Assembly (NCBI GenBank): GCA_964016885.1
Contig: OZ024745.1
Location: 84,506,001 to 84,570,000 of the forward strand
DNA: 64,000 bases
Direction of reading: 5' to 3'
Origin: Eledone cirrhosa
Lineage: Eukaryota
Every line of letters begins with the position of its first letter. Position 1 is the stretch's first letter. Positions 51,948 to 64,000 of this stretch are shown piece after piece. Made by a program: the position numbers and the translations under genes. Under the pieces are notes generated by a model. That model was not told the DNA's origin. It did no database searches and was given only the letters and a program-made list of their open reading frames with translations.

Positions 51948-52454
51948 GAAAGGTTGTCACATGCTGGAAGTAATGAACAAATCATTGCTTTCCATTAAGT
52001 AAAAGTAATTACAAAGAACAAGAACAAGGGTTTCTAATTTAGGCACAAGGTCAGCAATTTGTGGTAAGAGGAAAGTCAATTATATCAACCTCAGCATTTG
52101 GCTGGTACTTTATATTATCAACCTCAGAAGAATGAAATGCCAATCTTAGTATCCTTTCAATACTGCTCAATTAATGTTAAATTTCAATGATGCTGTAACA
52201 AAAGTTTCTTATTGAATTTGTATGAAATAATTTTATCGCAGATGTAGTTGTAGAATTCTCTGAGTATTATAAATGGAAATTATTTCTTGCCATGCACTAA
52301 GAAATGCCACAGGCTTATCTTAACATTTCTTAAATTTTTTTCAAACCTTCTCATTCATTTTCAGCTGTGCTAAACATTCATTTAGACACCTTTTGCATTA
52401 AATTCTTTCAATTTAGTTTACTTCGAACCATATCGGAAGATAAACTGTAACAAT

Positions 52455-53335
52455 TCTCTCTTGCTGTTTGCTGTTTTACTCTCTCTTTCTCTCATTCTTT
52501 CTTTCTCTCTTGCTCTCTCTCTTTCTTGCTCTCTCTCTTTCTTGCTCTCTCTCTCTTTCTTGCTCTCTCTCTCTTTCTTGCTCTCTCTCTTTCTTGCTCT
52601 CTCTTGCTCTCGCTCTCTCGCTCTCTCGCTCTCTCGCTCTCTCGCTCTCTCGCTCTCTCGCTCTCTCTCGCTCTCTTGTTCTCTCTTGCTCTCTCTCGCT
52701 CTCTTGTTCTCTCTTGCTCTCGCTCTCTCTCGCTCTCTCTCGCTCTCTTGTTCTCTCTTGCTCTCGCTCTCTCTCGCTCTCTCTCGCTCTCTTGTTCTCT
52801 CTCGCTCTCTCTCGCTCTCGCTCTCGCTCGCTCTCGCTCGCTCTCTCTCTCTCTCTCTTGCTCTCGCTCGCTCTCTCTCTTGCTCTCGCTCTCTCTTTCT
52901 TGCTCTCTCTTTCTTGCTCTCGCTCTCTCTTTCTTGCTGTCTCTCTCGCTCTCTTGCTCTCTCGCTCTCTCTCTTGCTCTCTTGCTCTCTCGCTCTCTCT
53001 CTTGCTCTCTTGCTCTCTCTCTCTCTTGCTCTCTTGCTCTCTCTCTTGCTCTCTTGCTCTCTTGCTCTCTCGCTCTCTCTCTTGCTCTCTTGCTCTCTTG
53101 CTCTCTTGCTCTCTCGCTCTCTCTCTTGCTCTCTTGCTCTCTTGCTCTCTCGCTCTCTTGCTCTCTTGCTCTCTTGCTCTCTTGCTCTCTCGCTCTCTTG
53201 CTCTCTTGCTCTCTTGCTCTCTCGCTCTCTCGCTCTCTCGCTCTCTCGCTCTCTCGCTCTCTCTCTTGCTCTTGCTATTTCGCTCTCTCTCTCTCTTGCT
53301 CCTGCTATTTCGCGCTCTCTCGTTCTTTCTCTCAA
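52455..53335. repeat. Compound (CT)n/GCTCTC(TT) microsatellite, ~880 bp
   Basis: Low-complexity pyrimidine-rich array. Its long ORFs are RE/SL repeats. Confidence 0.95.
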
Positions 53336-54387
53336 AGACATATTTAGTGTCCTGTAGCACTGGAAATTGCAAAAGTTCTTGAAAAGTACAAAGCAGTACA
53401 ATGACACTATGACAAATGTTATTCCAATTATATAAAATTTCGCAATCTTCTGTCTAGTAGTAAACATACTATAAACATGTGAATTAACAAACCTGTCTTT
53501 AGATATTTTCTACGATATTATTGTAGATGTGAAACCATAACTCCTTGTGGAGTTGTAGGTCTGCTGTTGTCATACAGCGTTTCTTGGGCATTTTTTAAAA
53601 CCTTGTGGTGCCCATCCTTCTCTAGGTCTGAACACAGACTATTTCTTCCAGAGAAGGAGAGTGATATAGAGGAATTGAGATATACAGGGAAGAACTGACC
53701 CCAGTATTGCACTGGTACTTTATTTATCGACCTCAAAAGGTTGAAAGGTAAAGTTGATCTCAGTGGGATTTGAATTCAGAGCCAGAACGAATCCAACAAA
53801 GCATTCTATATAACATTCTAACAACTTTGCCCATTTACCACTAAATCATTACAGGATGTTAAAATGTGATATACTACTTGAAATGTTAAAAACATTAAAT
53901 CAAATATGGCAATATAAGTGAGGAACATTTTAAAGGGAAACATTCTTATTTTGATTAAAACAAAAAAAAAATCTTTATAGCTCTAATATTAGTTTCTGAT
54001 TTAGTCACAAGACCAACAATTTTGGGGAAGGGGAAAGTTGATTAAATCAACCCCACTGCATTACTAACTTTGGCAGGATTTGAGCTCAGATGGTAAAGGG
54101 CCGTAACTCTGCCATAAAGCATGTTGTCCAATGCTCCACCGACACTGCCAATCCAAAAGGCTAGATAGCCAACTTGTATGGCTGCCTCAAATGTTTTATA
54201 GTCTTTACATCCTTCTTTCTGAGTTCAAATTTGTATTGAATTACATGGTACCCAGTAGCAGGCAGAAGACTGGCCTGACATATTGTTACCAATAATTGTT
54301 ACCAATAACTGGAGAATTTTGAGAAAATATTGCTTTTGAATGTTATGAAGTTTCCCCAACATCGTTTTTACATCTGCATTTCCATGC

Positions 54388-54825
54388 TAGCATGGGATGG
54401 TAGACATTCCCTGGCATGGGATGGTAGACATTCCCTGGCATGGGATGGTAGACATATGCTGGCATGGGATGGTAGACATGCTGGCATGGGATGGTAGACA
54501 TATGCTGGCATGGGATGGTAGACATATGCTGGCATGGGATGGTAGACATTCCCTGGCATGGGATGGTAGACATTCCCTGGCATGGGATGGTAGACAGAGG
54601 GTGGCATGGGATGGTTGACATTCCCTGGCATGGCGTGGTTGACATTCCCTGGCATGGGGTGGTAGACATGCTGGCATGGGGTGGTAGCCATTCCCTGGCA
54701 TGGGATGGTAGACATTCCCTGGCATGGGATGAGACATTCCCTGGCAGGGTAGACAATCCCTGGCAGGGTATGGTAGACATTCCCTGGCAGGGGATGGTAG
54801 ACATACGCTGGCATGGGGCGGTAAA
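54388..54825. repeat. 24-bp minisatellite, ~18 units
   Basis: Unit ggcatgggatggtagacattccct, with variants ending atgct. Confidence 0.92.
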
Positions 54826-55762
54826 CATATACTAGTATTGGACTGTAGGCTTTTTTGAGGCAGTATACTACAATTGAATGCCCTTCTTGATACCAACCTA
54901 AACTTTAGCTTTTAAGTATAGTATATACTGCAGCACTAAGCTAGGAAACAGACATCCCCACTTATCTTATATACTCAAATATAAGCTGCTCTGCTATTTT
55001 ATGTCTGAGAAATGGGCAGAACTGAAAACTCTGTATGAGCTCAGGCAGCTAATCAGCACATTTAGATGGTGTGGTTTTGAAATTTTCATGAGTGGAGAAT
55101 CTATTCTGCCTAGGATGTTGGGCTCTCTGAAACATCCTCCCACATTTCTTTCCAAAAGGTGTGAACCTGTAATTTAAACTGATCTCATCAGTGCTATCAT
55201 TGTTTGGCTTCAGAGAAACCAATAGGAGTCCATGGGCACCAACCTTTCCTTCAGCTCTTCTCTGCCCACTTATTCCTGAGAGGGTATTGGGGAAGAGTCC
55301 TCACTCACTCCTTCTAGTGAGTCCTGTCAGAAGCAACCAAATCCAATTGATCCAGCTGGATCCCCAAGCAAGACCAGCTGAGCTCATGGATGTTATCCAA
55401 TCATCTTGTTTGGGGGGTCTACCCCTGGGTCTCATAATCATAATGCGGTGTCTTTCACACAAGTTAACGGGCATTAATTAGAGGCACCTGTTTTAAAAAT
55501 TATATTGCAGTCTCCATTTCATGCTGTAAAAACTGGCAATGGACCTGCGACATGTCCTGGAATATTGTTTCCCCAAGTCCCTAAAGAGGTTTCGGAAGAG
55601 AGCAAACCGTAACAATTGGAATGTTCAGCTCTACCGACTAAAATAAAAATTGAATAGTTGATAAATTTAATTTTGTTGATGACAATCAAATGTAACCTGA
55701 AATATAACCTTTCTCTACACTCTGAATTCTGTAATGCTTTACATAATTGCTTTCTTTCCCAG

Positions 55763-55895
55763 GCATCACCGTTCTATCACTGTATCAGAGTTGTATAAAA
55801 TGAAAGGTATTCTTGAGATTAGAGAACAAGGTGGGGCTGGAAGAATGGTTCATTTGACTGCATCCTTCCTTGCTTCCCAACAGACTGATTCTCAG
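55763..55895 (+). CDS. MARF1: MARF1-like exon: end of LOTUS 1
   Basis: ttcccag|G HHRSITVSELYKMKGILEIREQGGAGRMVHL..DSQ|gtaaag; phases 2/0. Confidence 0.9.
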
Positions 55896-57136
55896 GTAAA
55901 GTTGGTATATTTTTTATCAAAAAAATAATTTCTTGCACTTTTGTAGAATCAGAGCATCAGACAAAATATGAAAAACAACAGAAAAAAAAGGCAGGAAGAA
56001 AATACACATCTGAAAATTTCCTCAAATAAACTAGTTATGTATGTGAAAATAAAACCTGTATATCTTGCAGTATTTGTTCCAGGTTTTCACATAAGTTCAA
56101 ATTTCACCAAGATTCATTTTACCTTTTACCCTTCCAGGGTTAAAATAAAATTACCAGCCAATTGGAGTCCAATTAATCAATATTTCCCTCCCCTAAAATT
56201 GCAAGTCTTGTTGTTATTCTTTTTTTTTGTTTTTATTATCATTATTATTATTGTTATCATTATTGTTGCTCTTGTCATCGTTGCTGTTGTAGTCACTGTA
56301 GCTATTGTTGCTGTTATTACCAAAGTAATATTTTGCTAGAGCTGGTGCAATAATGCACAAACTTTTGTACTTGATCATCAAAAGAAAGGAGGTAGGTGTA
56401 AAAGCCAAACCCACTACCTTCAATTTGGTGTTTATGCCTACTCTTACCTATGGATCTTAGGTAATGGCCAAAACAATATTATTATAAATACATGTGGCTC
56501 CAAAAGGTCTCTGAAGTAATATTACTCAATAGGATACATAACTCAGATCAGGGAGTGGTTCCATGTATAGCCACTACTTATCCAATTCAAGAAATTAAGC
56601 TCTAGTACTGTGGACATGTGGTAAGAATGCCTAAGAGAGGAATCACAGGACAGATTTTACAGTCAAAACCTAACCAGCAAGAGTCCCAGAGGTAGACCAT
56701 GAGCAAGATGGTTGATTAATATTCATTAGCTTGTTGATACATTATTTGGAGATTGTTGTTTCTGATAGGACACTGTGGAAAGCGTATCTGAGGACTCTTC
56801 TCCCATGATCCACTTAGAAATAAGTTGGCGAAGAATATTTTACAGGTGAAATTTATTCTTATTGATTTCCAATACTTAACCTCTCTCTCAAATTGTTAAT
56901 ACACTTTAGAGATGTCACAAGTGCCTTTTTTTTTTTTTTCAGAAGTCAATGAACCTATCCATGGATGGATTTGAAAGATATAGATTTTCTATTGATTTTC
57001 TTTTACACTAATGCATTTGATAAATATCACCTTTATAGAAAGTAATTGCTTCTTTCATGTTAAAATAATAGTTCTTAAATTCTAAATTGTCTTCAAACCT
57101 GCTGGCTTAAGAGTTTGCTGTAAATTTCCTCACTAG

Positions 57137-57312
57137 GTACAAGAATCTCCCAAAACTGCCGTTTGTCCAATCCATTGTGTTGGAAGCTTGTCTGAAATAG
57201 TAGAAATCCTTTCAAGTAATTTTCTCCCAAACGTGAAACTCAGACGCTCTGACCTGGCGTCCCAATTGAAAATTTTAATTGGAAATCATGGTGGGAGCAT
57301 ACATTTAATGAG
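57137..57312 (+). CDS. MARF1: MARF1-like exon: C-x2-HC linker and start of LOTUS 2
   Basis: cactag| VQESPKTAVCPIHC..LPNVKL..LIGNHGGSIHLM AG|gtatag; phases 0/2. Confidence 0.85.
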
Positions 57313-58310
57313 GTATAGCTGTCTTTTTTTACTTTTAAAAAATGTTTAAATTTTCTTTTACATTTTTCAGCAGCACAAATTAGAAGTAAATTAATTTAAA
57401 GCCATTCGTTATTTTAAACTATTTAACCACAAGAATTTAAAGAGAATGTTGTCCCTTTTGATATCAACCCACCCAAAACAGCACATTTTAAAGGATTCTT
57501 ACCTGAAATAGAATCTTTCAACATAATTTGATAAAAGAACATTTAATTATAAAATAATAATAATAATAATAATAATTTTAGAAAATTTTTTTAAAAAGTC
57601 CAGTATATTTCATTAGAAATATAATCACAAAAAGGTTAACTACTGTACATGTTAGAATGATTTTTAACTGGTTTCTAAAGTTAAACAGAAATTAAAATTC
57701 TCTCCAACGCACCCACCATCAGAATCATCCCTACTTACCTTACTTCCTGCCCATGTAACTGGTGAGTAGCTTCCCAACTGTCTGCAATGTTCTTCAGATT
57801 TTCTTTTACTGTATAGATGTTAAAATTGAAGTTGAACTTTATCAACTGCACTAGTCCAAGATGACCTGCAAAAGTCATTGATATTGTCCCATCATCTTTT
57901 GACAAATAAAAAAAATATCAATCTGATACACATTAGATATGTAGCTTTTATAGATCTGTCTATACATTTGTTTGCTACATTGAGGTGTGTTCCTGCACCC
58001 TTGAGGCGTGTTACTGCATCTTTGAGGCATGAAAGGAATCAAAGAACATTGCTTTCCCTAATTGTATTCCAACAAAATGAATTTGATCAGGTGTCTATAT
58101 ATAAAATAATTATACTTCTCATTGAATAAAAAAAAGTTCTAATAGTTCTTCTTCTTCGTCAACTTATTCCTGAGTAGGTCGTGGGGCAGTCTCCTCAAAC
58201 ACTCCTTCTAGCAGGTCTGTCAGATAAGTTATAATCTTTAATTCTATAGCTGTCAGATTTTTTTCTCTATTTTAAATTTAAAATTTTATTGTTTTTTATT
58301 TTCTTTTTAG

Positions 58311-58504
58311 TTTCCCAGTCTGTTATTCTTTGGAAATTCATCCCCTTGAGATTTTCAACAATGATGGTGTAAACTTGGAACATCTTATTACTACTATTCC
58401 AGGTATTAAAATTATGAGTGGAAAATCAGGAGTGAAGAAGATTCAATATGCAGAAATCAAATCAAATCAATTTGTTTCATCAAGCCAAAATTCTAGCATC
58501 AATG
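58311..58504 (+). CDS. MARF1: MARF1-like exon: end of LOTUS 2
   Basis: tttttag|T FPVCYSLE..DGVNLEHLITTIPGIKI..GVKKIQ..N G|gtatat; phases 2/1. Confidence 0.88.
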
Positions 58505-58673
58505 GTATATTGAGACTTTTGTTTTCATCGCACCATTTATTTTTGAAGTTTTATTTCATAGATTTTTGAAAATGCTCAATAAGCCCACTTCTATAAATCA
58601 TATCAAGAGCCAAACCAACAACAAAGCTTCTATCTTGTTGCTTGACCTGCTACATATAGTTAATGATAAAGAA

Positions 58674-59002
58674 GGAGGCACATGGCTTAGTGGTTAGAGC
58701 ATTGGTCTTGCAATCAAAAGGTTGTGAGTTCAATTCTCAGACCGGGTGATGTGTTGTTTCCTTGAGCAAGACACTTTATTTCACATTGCTCCAGTTTACT
58801 CAGCTGTAGAAATGAGATGATAGGGACAGGGGTCCCTATCCCTCCACTGCAAAGTGGTCGTGGAGGTGCCATGGCAAAAAAGCACCCAGCACTCACTGTA
58901 AATGAGGTTGGTGTTAGGAAGGGCATCAAGCCAGAAACAGCTCCCGTCTCACCCTTGCAAGCAGGGAAAAAGCGGACATGAAATGAAATGAAATGAAATG
59001 AA
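58674..59002 (+). mobile_element. SINE family A, intronic
   Basis: Family A head, body and (AAATG)n tail. A related SINE in the opposite orientation follows at ~59010-59335. Confidence 0.88.
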
Positions 59003-59377
59003 AGAGTAACGAGCTCCTTCAGTCATAAATAACCATGGGATTTACACCTAGAAAGTTCCTTCCAAGGCACAAATCTGGGCAAGGTCATTTGTGTAAGACC
59101 AGCAGTCACCCATACATACCAGTCTCTCCTCTCCATGCCACCGATGTTGTCCAAAGAAAAGCAATGGCCAATACAGCTTGGCACCAGGGGTGTCACAACT
59201 CATTTCTACAACTGAATGAACTGAAGCAACATGAAATAATGTCTTGCTCAATGATACAATGCATCACCCAGTTCAGGAATTGGACTGACCTCACAATTGC
59301 AAGGCCAACACTCTAACCACTGAGCTGTGTGCCTTCACAGATAGCAGATAGATCGCCCACATATTACAATTCACTGT

Positions 59378-59614
59378 CTTAACTCTTTTGATATGAAACT
59401 GTCTGAAATCACTGGTTTTCTGATGAAAAAAATGTTTATTTCAAATTATTCATATTCAAATTTAAACCTTCCATTATAATTTTGTGAGAACCTTAGGTTA
59501 TGTTCTAAACACCCACTTCATAATCAGGAAGTTATATTACAAAAGCTCTCCACATTGATGATTTAAAAATCATAGGCAGTGTTTTTCATTAGAAATATAT
59601 AATGGAAGGGTTAA
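59378..59614. mobile_element. Decayed TTAA-flanked MITE (piggyBac-like ends)
   Basis: ttaactcttt ... aagggttaa. Related copies sharing ccactggttt..tga and tttcattagaaatat occur near 38180-38400, 41797-42018 and 57450-57638. Confidence 0.5.
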
Positions 59615-59866
59615 TAACAGGGGAAAGAGACATTGGCTAATACCTGAAAATAAGACCAATAATTATGATTGGAACACCTTTGATTACATGACGTTGAGTT
59701 AGATGCAAAGTTTCAACAATCTATAAAGAGTATGAAGAATAAAAGAAAATATTACAAACAATAAACAGTGGAATTATTTCAGTTTACCAAGTGCCATATT
59801 TTAAATATATTCCTGCTAAGCTTATTAAAATGTCAGTAAGACATTTGATACATTCTAGTTAATATA

Positions 59867-59941
59867 CAGGGTGTCCCCAAAAATGTATACACACGTCAAC
59901 AGCATTCTAATAAGTATGTATACATTTTTGGAAACACTCTG
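59867..59941. mobile_element. 75-bp Tc1/mariner-type MITE with TA TSD
   Basis: ta|cagggtgtccccaaaaatgtatac ... gtatacatttttggaaacactctg|ta. Confidence 0.75.
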
Positions 59942-60193
59942 TATATCAATGTTAGAAATGAAATATATTTCTAAAACCCAAAATTTCAGTCGATACTTAG
60001 AATCCACTTCGTGCTTCAAAATTTAAATTTCCTTATCCATTCATAGAATTCTTAAAGTAAACAATATGATGTTAAATGATGAATATACTTTTTGAAGCTT
60101 ATTTCTGATATTAAAAGTACATTAGATATATTAACAAGTAAAATGTTATCTGCTAATATTAATTGAAATATCTTTGTATTATTTGCTTTTTTA

Positions 60194-60374
60194 GAATTGG
60201 CAGTATCGATAGAGGGTTGGATGCCTTGCTTTCCAGCATAGTTACGTCCCTTTATGATCTGAGTTCAAATCCCACCGAGATTGACTTTGCCTTTGATCCT
60301 TACGGGGTCGATAAAATAAAGAACCAGTAATGCACTGGGTAATTGCTGGTCTTGTGCCTAAAGTAGAAACAATT
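60194..60374 (+). mobile_element. SINE family B with TSD attatttgctttttta
   Basis: Family B consensus with flanking direct repeats. Confidence 0.85.
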
Positions 60375-60577
60375 ATTTGCTTTTTTAAATTGGCATGGGT
60401 TGGACTGGTAACACTTTTAGTTGATACATGCACTAACATCGTGTATCTGTTTTAGAAACCGATAGTATAATACTATTTATGGTATTGTTTGAAATTCTAT
60501 TTAACAATATATATGGAAGAAAAATATTTGAATTTATATAAAGATGTTGTAAAGTCTTTGTTCTATAATCTGTACAG

Positions 60578-60804
60578 ACATGGCTGAATCTTCTTCTGTG
60601 CCTCCAAATAATTCATCCTGCACCCAACTCAATCAGATAAGCCGAGAAATTGTGGATTTGCTTAAACATGCCCCAAACTGCCACATACCTTTCAGCAAAT
60701 TTATTCCAGTATATCACCATTATTTTGGTCGACAATGCCGCGTAGCTGACTATGGCTATACTAAATTAGTAGACCTTTTCGAAGCCATTCCACATGTACT
60801 ACAG
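60578..60804 (+). CDS. MARF1: MARF1-like exon: LOTUS 3
   Basis: gtacag|AC .. [55 protein letters not shown]|gttagt, a highly characteristic MARF1 motif. Confidence 0.95.
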
Positions 60805-60944
60805 GTTAGTATTTAAAGAAGTCTATTTTCACTGCTTGTTTTCATTTTTTCATGGGGAGAGGGTTATTTAATGTTAATTTTTTTTTCTTTGGGGTTTTAT
60901 ATTATCTTTAACAATGTTAGCCTTTTAAATATAATATTTTTCAG

Positions 60945-61083
60945 ATCCTTGGAAGTGGTGAAAAGCAAATACTTACACTTAGCCATAAAGCACAGATACG
61001 TCGTTTTACAGGAGATCTGCTGAAAGTTTTGAAGCTACAAATCAATAGAGCAATAAATCTTTCAGAATTTCCAGCTGCTTATG
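60945..61083 (+). CDS. MARF1: MARF1-like exon: start of LOTUS 4 (gene continues beyond the window)
   Basis: tttttcag| ILGSGEKQILTLSHKAQIRRFTGDLLKVLK..EFPAAY G|gtgaga; phases 0/1. Confidence 0.93.
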
Positions 61084-61376
61084 GTGAGAAGTTGAACTTT
61101 ATTTTTCTAATCTATATCACAACAGTATAGCTTTTTTGGCCATCTGTCACAAAAAATTTGGATGTTTTTGATTGTCTGGTGTTTATGGAGAATTTATGGA
61201 GTACTATTGTAAAAGAACAGTCTGAATATTCTAAAATATTTTTATACGTGCCACAATCAATATCCTCTCAAGTGTTCTCTATATCATTATCATCATCAGT
61301 CTCATTTAACACCTGTTTTCCCCTCTAGCGAGGGTTGGATTGTGTGTGTGTTGGATTGGCATTATCAGTAGTTTCA

Positions 61377-61567
61377 AGGGCGGTGGATTGGCAGTATTGG
61401 GAGAGGGTCGGACGCCATGCTTTGACGTATGGAGTTACGGCCCTTGCCATTCTGAGTTCAAATCCCGCCGAGGTTAACTTTGCCTTTCATCCTTACGGGG
61501 TCGATAACATAAAGTACCAGTAATGTACTGGGTATTTGCTGGCCTTGTACCTAACGTAGAAACAATT
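61377..61567 (+). mobile_element. Young SINE family B nested in an older related SINE (~61348-61740)
   Basis: 16-bp TSD attatcagtagtttca at 61361-61376 and 61565-61580. Confidence 0.88.
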
Positions 61568-61919
61568 ATCAGTAGTTTCAGACAAAATGCTTTGTGACAT
61601 AGTTACGGTCTTTTACATTGAGTTCAAATCCCAAGGTTAGCTTTGCTTTTCATCCTTACAGGGTCAATGAAGTAAAGTATTGGGGGTGGTTTTATCGACT
61701 TTCTCTTTCCCTTCAAATTACTGGCCAAGTTCCAAACATCAGTCAATTATGTATATATATATATATGCCCATGCAGCATCCACTTGTTTAGATTAATTCA
61801 CCCTGTGGATAACTCCTTGGATGAATTAGTTCATTCTATTTGTGGATTGTAAAAACACATTGAGTTTTAATCTTCTTGGCATATCTCAACCTAATTTAAT
61901 CTCTCAACTTATTACTTTT

Positions 61920-61922
61920 GTG

Positions 61923-61987
<65 letters not shown>

Positions 61988-62062
61988 TTCTCTCTCTTTG
62001 TCTGTGTGCCTCTCTCTGTCTTTCTCTCTGTGTCTCTTTGTCTCTCTCTCTGTTTGTCTGTT

Positions 62063-62097
<35 letters not shown>

Positions 62098-62105
62098 GCC
62101 TGTCT
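61920..62105. repeat. (CT)n microsatellite
   Basis: Direct inspection. Confidence 0.95.
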
Positions 62106-62863
62106 TTCCCACAAACAAACCTTTGTTAAAGATTGTAGGAACCAAACATTTATTCTGTTCAACATTAAATCTTGTTTCACTCATGAAACATTCTTGGAGT
62201 TCTAATTTTATGGCTAAATATTCCTACAGTTTTATTCATTTTTATTCATCTTTATTTTCTTTACAACTATTTACTAATTAGATGGTGAAATTTAATTTCA
62301 AGTACGCTTGCTCACCTTTTATAAGATAAAACTACTGAAGAAATATTAATTGGGAATTAAAACTAATAGCTTTCATTTAGACAAGTTTTGTGAATCTCTG
62401 ACAGCAAGCCAAATGTTGACTGTAAATTCTTGCTTTAATCTCTAGTATAATGAGGTTTAAATAATGAAGATTAGTGCTAACCATTTTAGAAGACAAGTTT
62501 GCTCTCAGCTTGTTGATTCTCAAGAAAGTGCTTCTATATCCAATGACAGATTTAGAAGCTACAGGCTTGTGTAATTTATCAAATTAACTCATGGCACTCA
62601 GTGGTTTATGAAACAAAGGTTTTGTTCAATAGTAAATTAGTTTATACATGAAAAGGTAATGCAAACAGATGTTTGGACTAGCAGATAATAAAGCTGGATA
62701 AAGACTACATTGGAAAGAAATCTATCAGCTATATATATATATATATATATATGAATGTATATATAGTGTATTTTGCAATACACTGTATGCTTAATTAAAA
62801 GCATTTCGAAGGTCTTACGCTATTGTTTTAGAGTAGTGACAGTCTCGCTTACTTAAAATTTTC

Positions 62864-62946
62864 AGCAAACAGGGGAGATAAAGCTGACAGAGCTCTGTTT
62901 CGTACTGATTGGTACTTATCAAAGCCAAGGTCTCCACCTATTTGCT
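62864..62946 (-). ncRNA. Degenerate type I hammerhead ribozyme, family C
   Basis: On -: AGCAAATAGGtGGAGA cctt GGCT tTGATaA GTAC caatca GTAC GAA ACAGAGCTCTGT C AGCT tta TCTCC CCTGTTTGCT. The core differs from CTGATGA at two positions. Confidence 0.65.
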
Positions 62947-63231
62947 ATATATATATATAGCCAGTTGTTGAGTAATAATATATTACTATGAGGCACCTGC
63001 TTGAAAATTTTATGCTTTTACATGATTTGAATGTGTTAAAAGTGCATATTAACACTGTTTATTGGTGTAATAAGCAGGGTGTTTATATTAAAGGAAATAA
63101 GTTTGTTTAATGTGAACATATTCTGATTATCTCCACTGCATCTGATGAGCAAATTAGTCCTGGAATCAAAGCTGATTCTAATCGATTAAGGCTTCAACCT
63201 GGTCATTTGTGAAAAATGTTGAGTAGTTAAA

Positions 63232-63269
<38 letters not shown>

Positions 63270-63299
63270 CAAAAGGGATATTCAATTTGTTGGTAATTC

Positions 63300-63706
63300 A
63301 ACAAATATAAATGTTTATAACTGATTCAGAGCACTCGACAAGTTTTCTGGAGTATAATATTCAATGATATTAAATAAATGGAAACTATATTTATAAAACC
63401 ATATTTATTCTATTATATATATTTCAAGGGTACCAAAACATTGGTACTCTTTCATCAGATAAAATACAAAGTTTGTTTTATAAATTTTGACATAACCAAG
63501 AAAAAGATACCTTAATGGTTCAAGTTTTCCTTAGAAAACTATCCAAGGAAAACTTGAACCGTTAAGGTATCTTTTTCTTGGTTATGTCAAAATTTATAAA
63601 ACAAACTTTGTATTTTATCTGATGAAAGAGTACCAATGTTTTGGTACCCTTGAAATGTATATAATAGAATAAATATGGTTTTATAAATAGTTTCCATTTA
63701 TTTAAT
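63300..63706. mobile_element. Palindromic family A element with back-to-back hammerheads (63406-63466 -, 63611-63671 +)
   Basis: ~63369-63531 is the inverse of ~63545-63706. On +: TATTTTAT CTGATGA AAGaGTACCAA tgtt TTGGTACcCTT GAAA TGTATAT A ATAGAATA. Confidence 0.85.
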
Positions 63707-64000
63707 GTGTGTGTGTGTGTGTGCACGCACGCACGCACAAATTTGGTGGTTCACCACTGGGTAGAATTGGTCATATTATGCAATGTTACACAACTCATCC
63801 ATCTTTGATGTTGAATCCTGCTGGTGGTGCAGGAATGGAGTTAAAAAGTAGAGAAGGAAAACATTATTTTGTTTTGACTCAGACGGTCGTGGTAGCCTGT
63901 TGTTGTCAGTTTGGCTAATTGCCTTTTAAGTGACTTTCTCATCAAATTTGTCTTGTCAGTTTATGTGGGTAGATGTTTTTTTTTTTTTTTTCCTGAAAGC

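Noticed and set aside
52418-53467. 300-350-aa RE-rich and SL-rich ORFs
   Set aside because: Open in several frames on both strands because the CT-rich repeat lacks stop codons.
54343-54896. Repeat-protein ORFs or a CRISPR-like array (also 51587-51998)
   Set aside because: Head-to-tail minisatellites with no unique spacers, in eukaryotic intronic DNA with no cas genes.

Overview
AT-rich animal genomic DNA. The SINE/LINE families and very long (TA)n tracts suggest an octopod cephalopod (inference). Bases 1 to ~26 kb are nested transposon debris on (TA)n arrays: RTE LINEs with a PHD-like finger inside the RT region, CR1-like and CRE-like remnants, tRNA-derived SINEs, and non-coding Penelope-like repeats. 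An intronless gene with a divergent HSF-type DNA-binding domain lies at 28438-29400 (-). A MARF1/Limkain-b1-like gene (RRM plus tandem LOTUS/OST-HTH domains) runs on + through 8 phase-consistent exons from 39022 to 61083, with a candidate micro-exon at 37805, and continues past the window. I found no NYN-nuclease exons. The most notable signals are: (1) at least three families of type I hammerhead ribozyme motifs, one with covarying stems, mostly in fold-back non-coding elements next to (TA)n tracts; (2) a possible head-to-head HSF-like/MARF1-like pair around a CpG-retaining promoter with an X-box-like site; (3) an RTE insertion with a twin-priming 5' inversion; (4) a Helitron inserted into a minisatellite. 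All calls were made by eye, with no database search or folding run.
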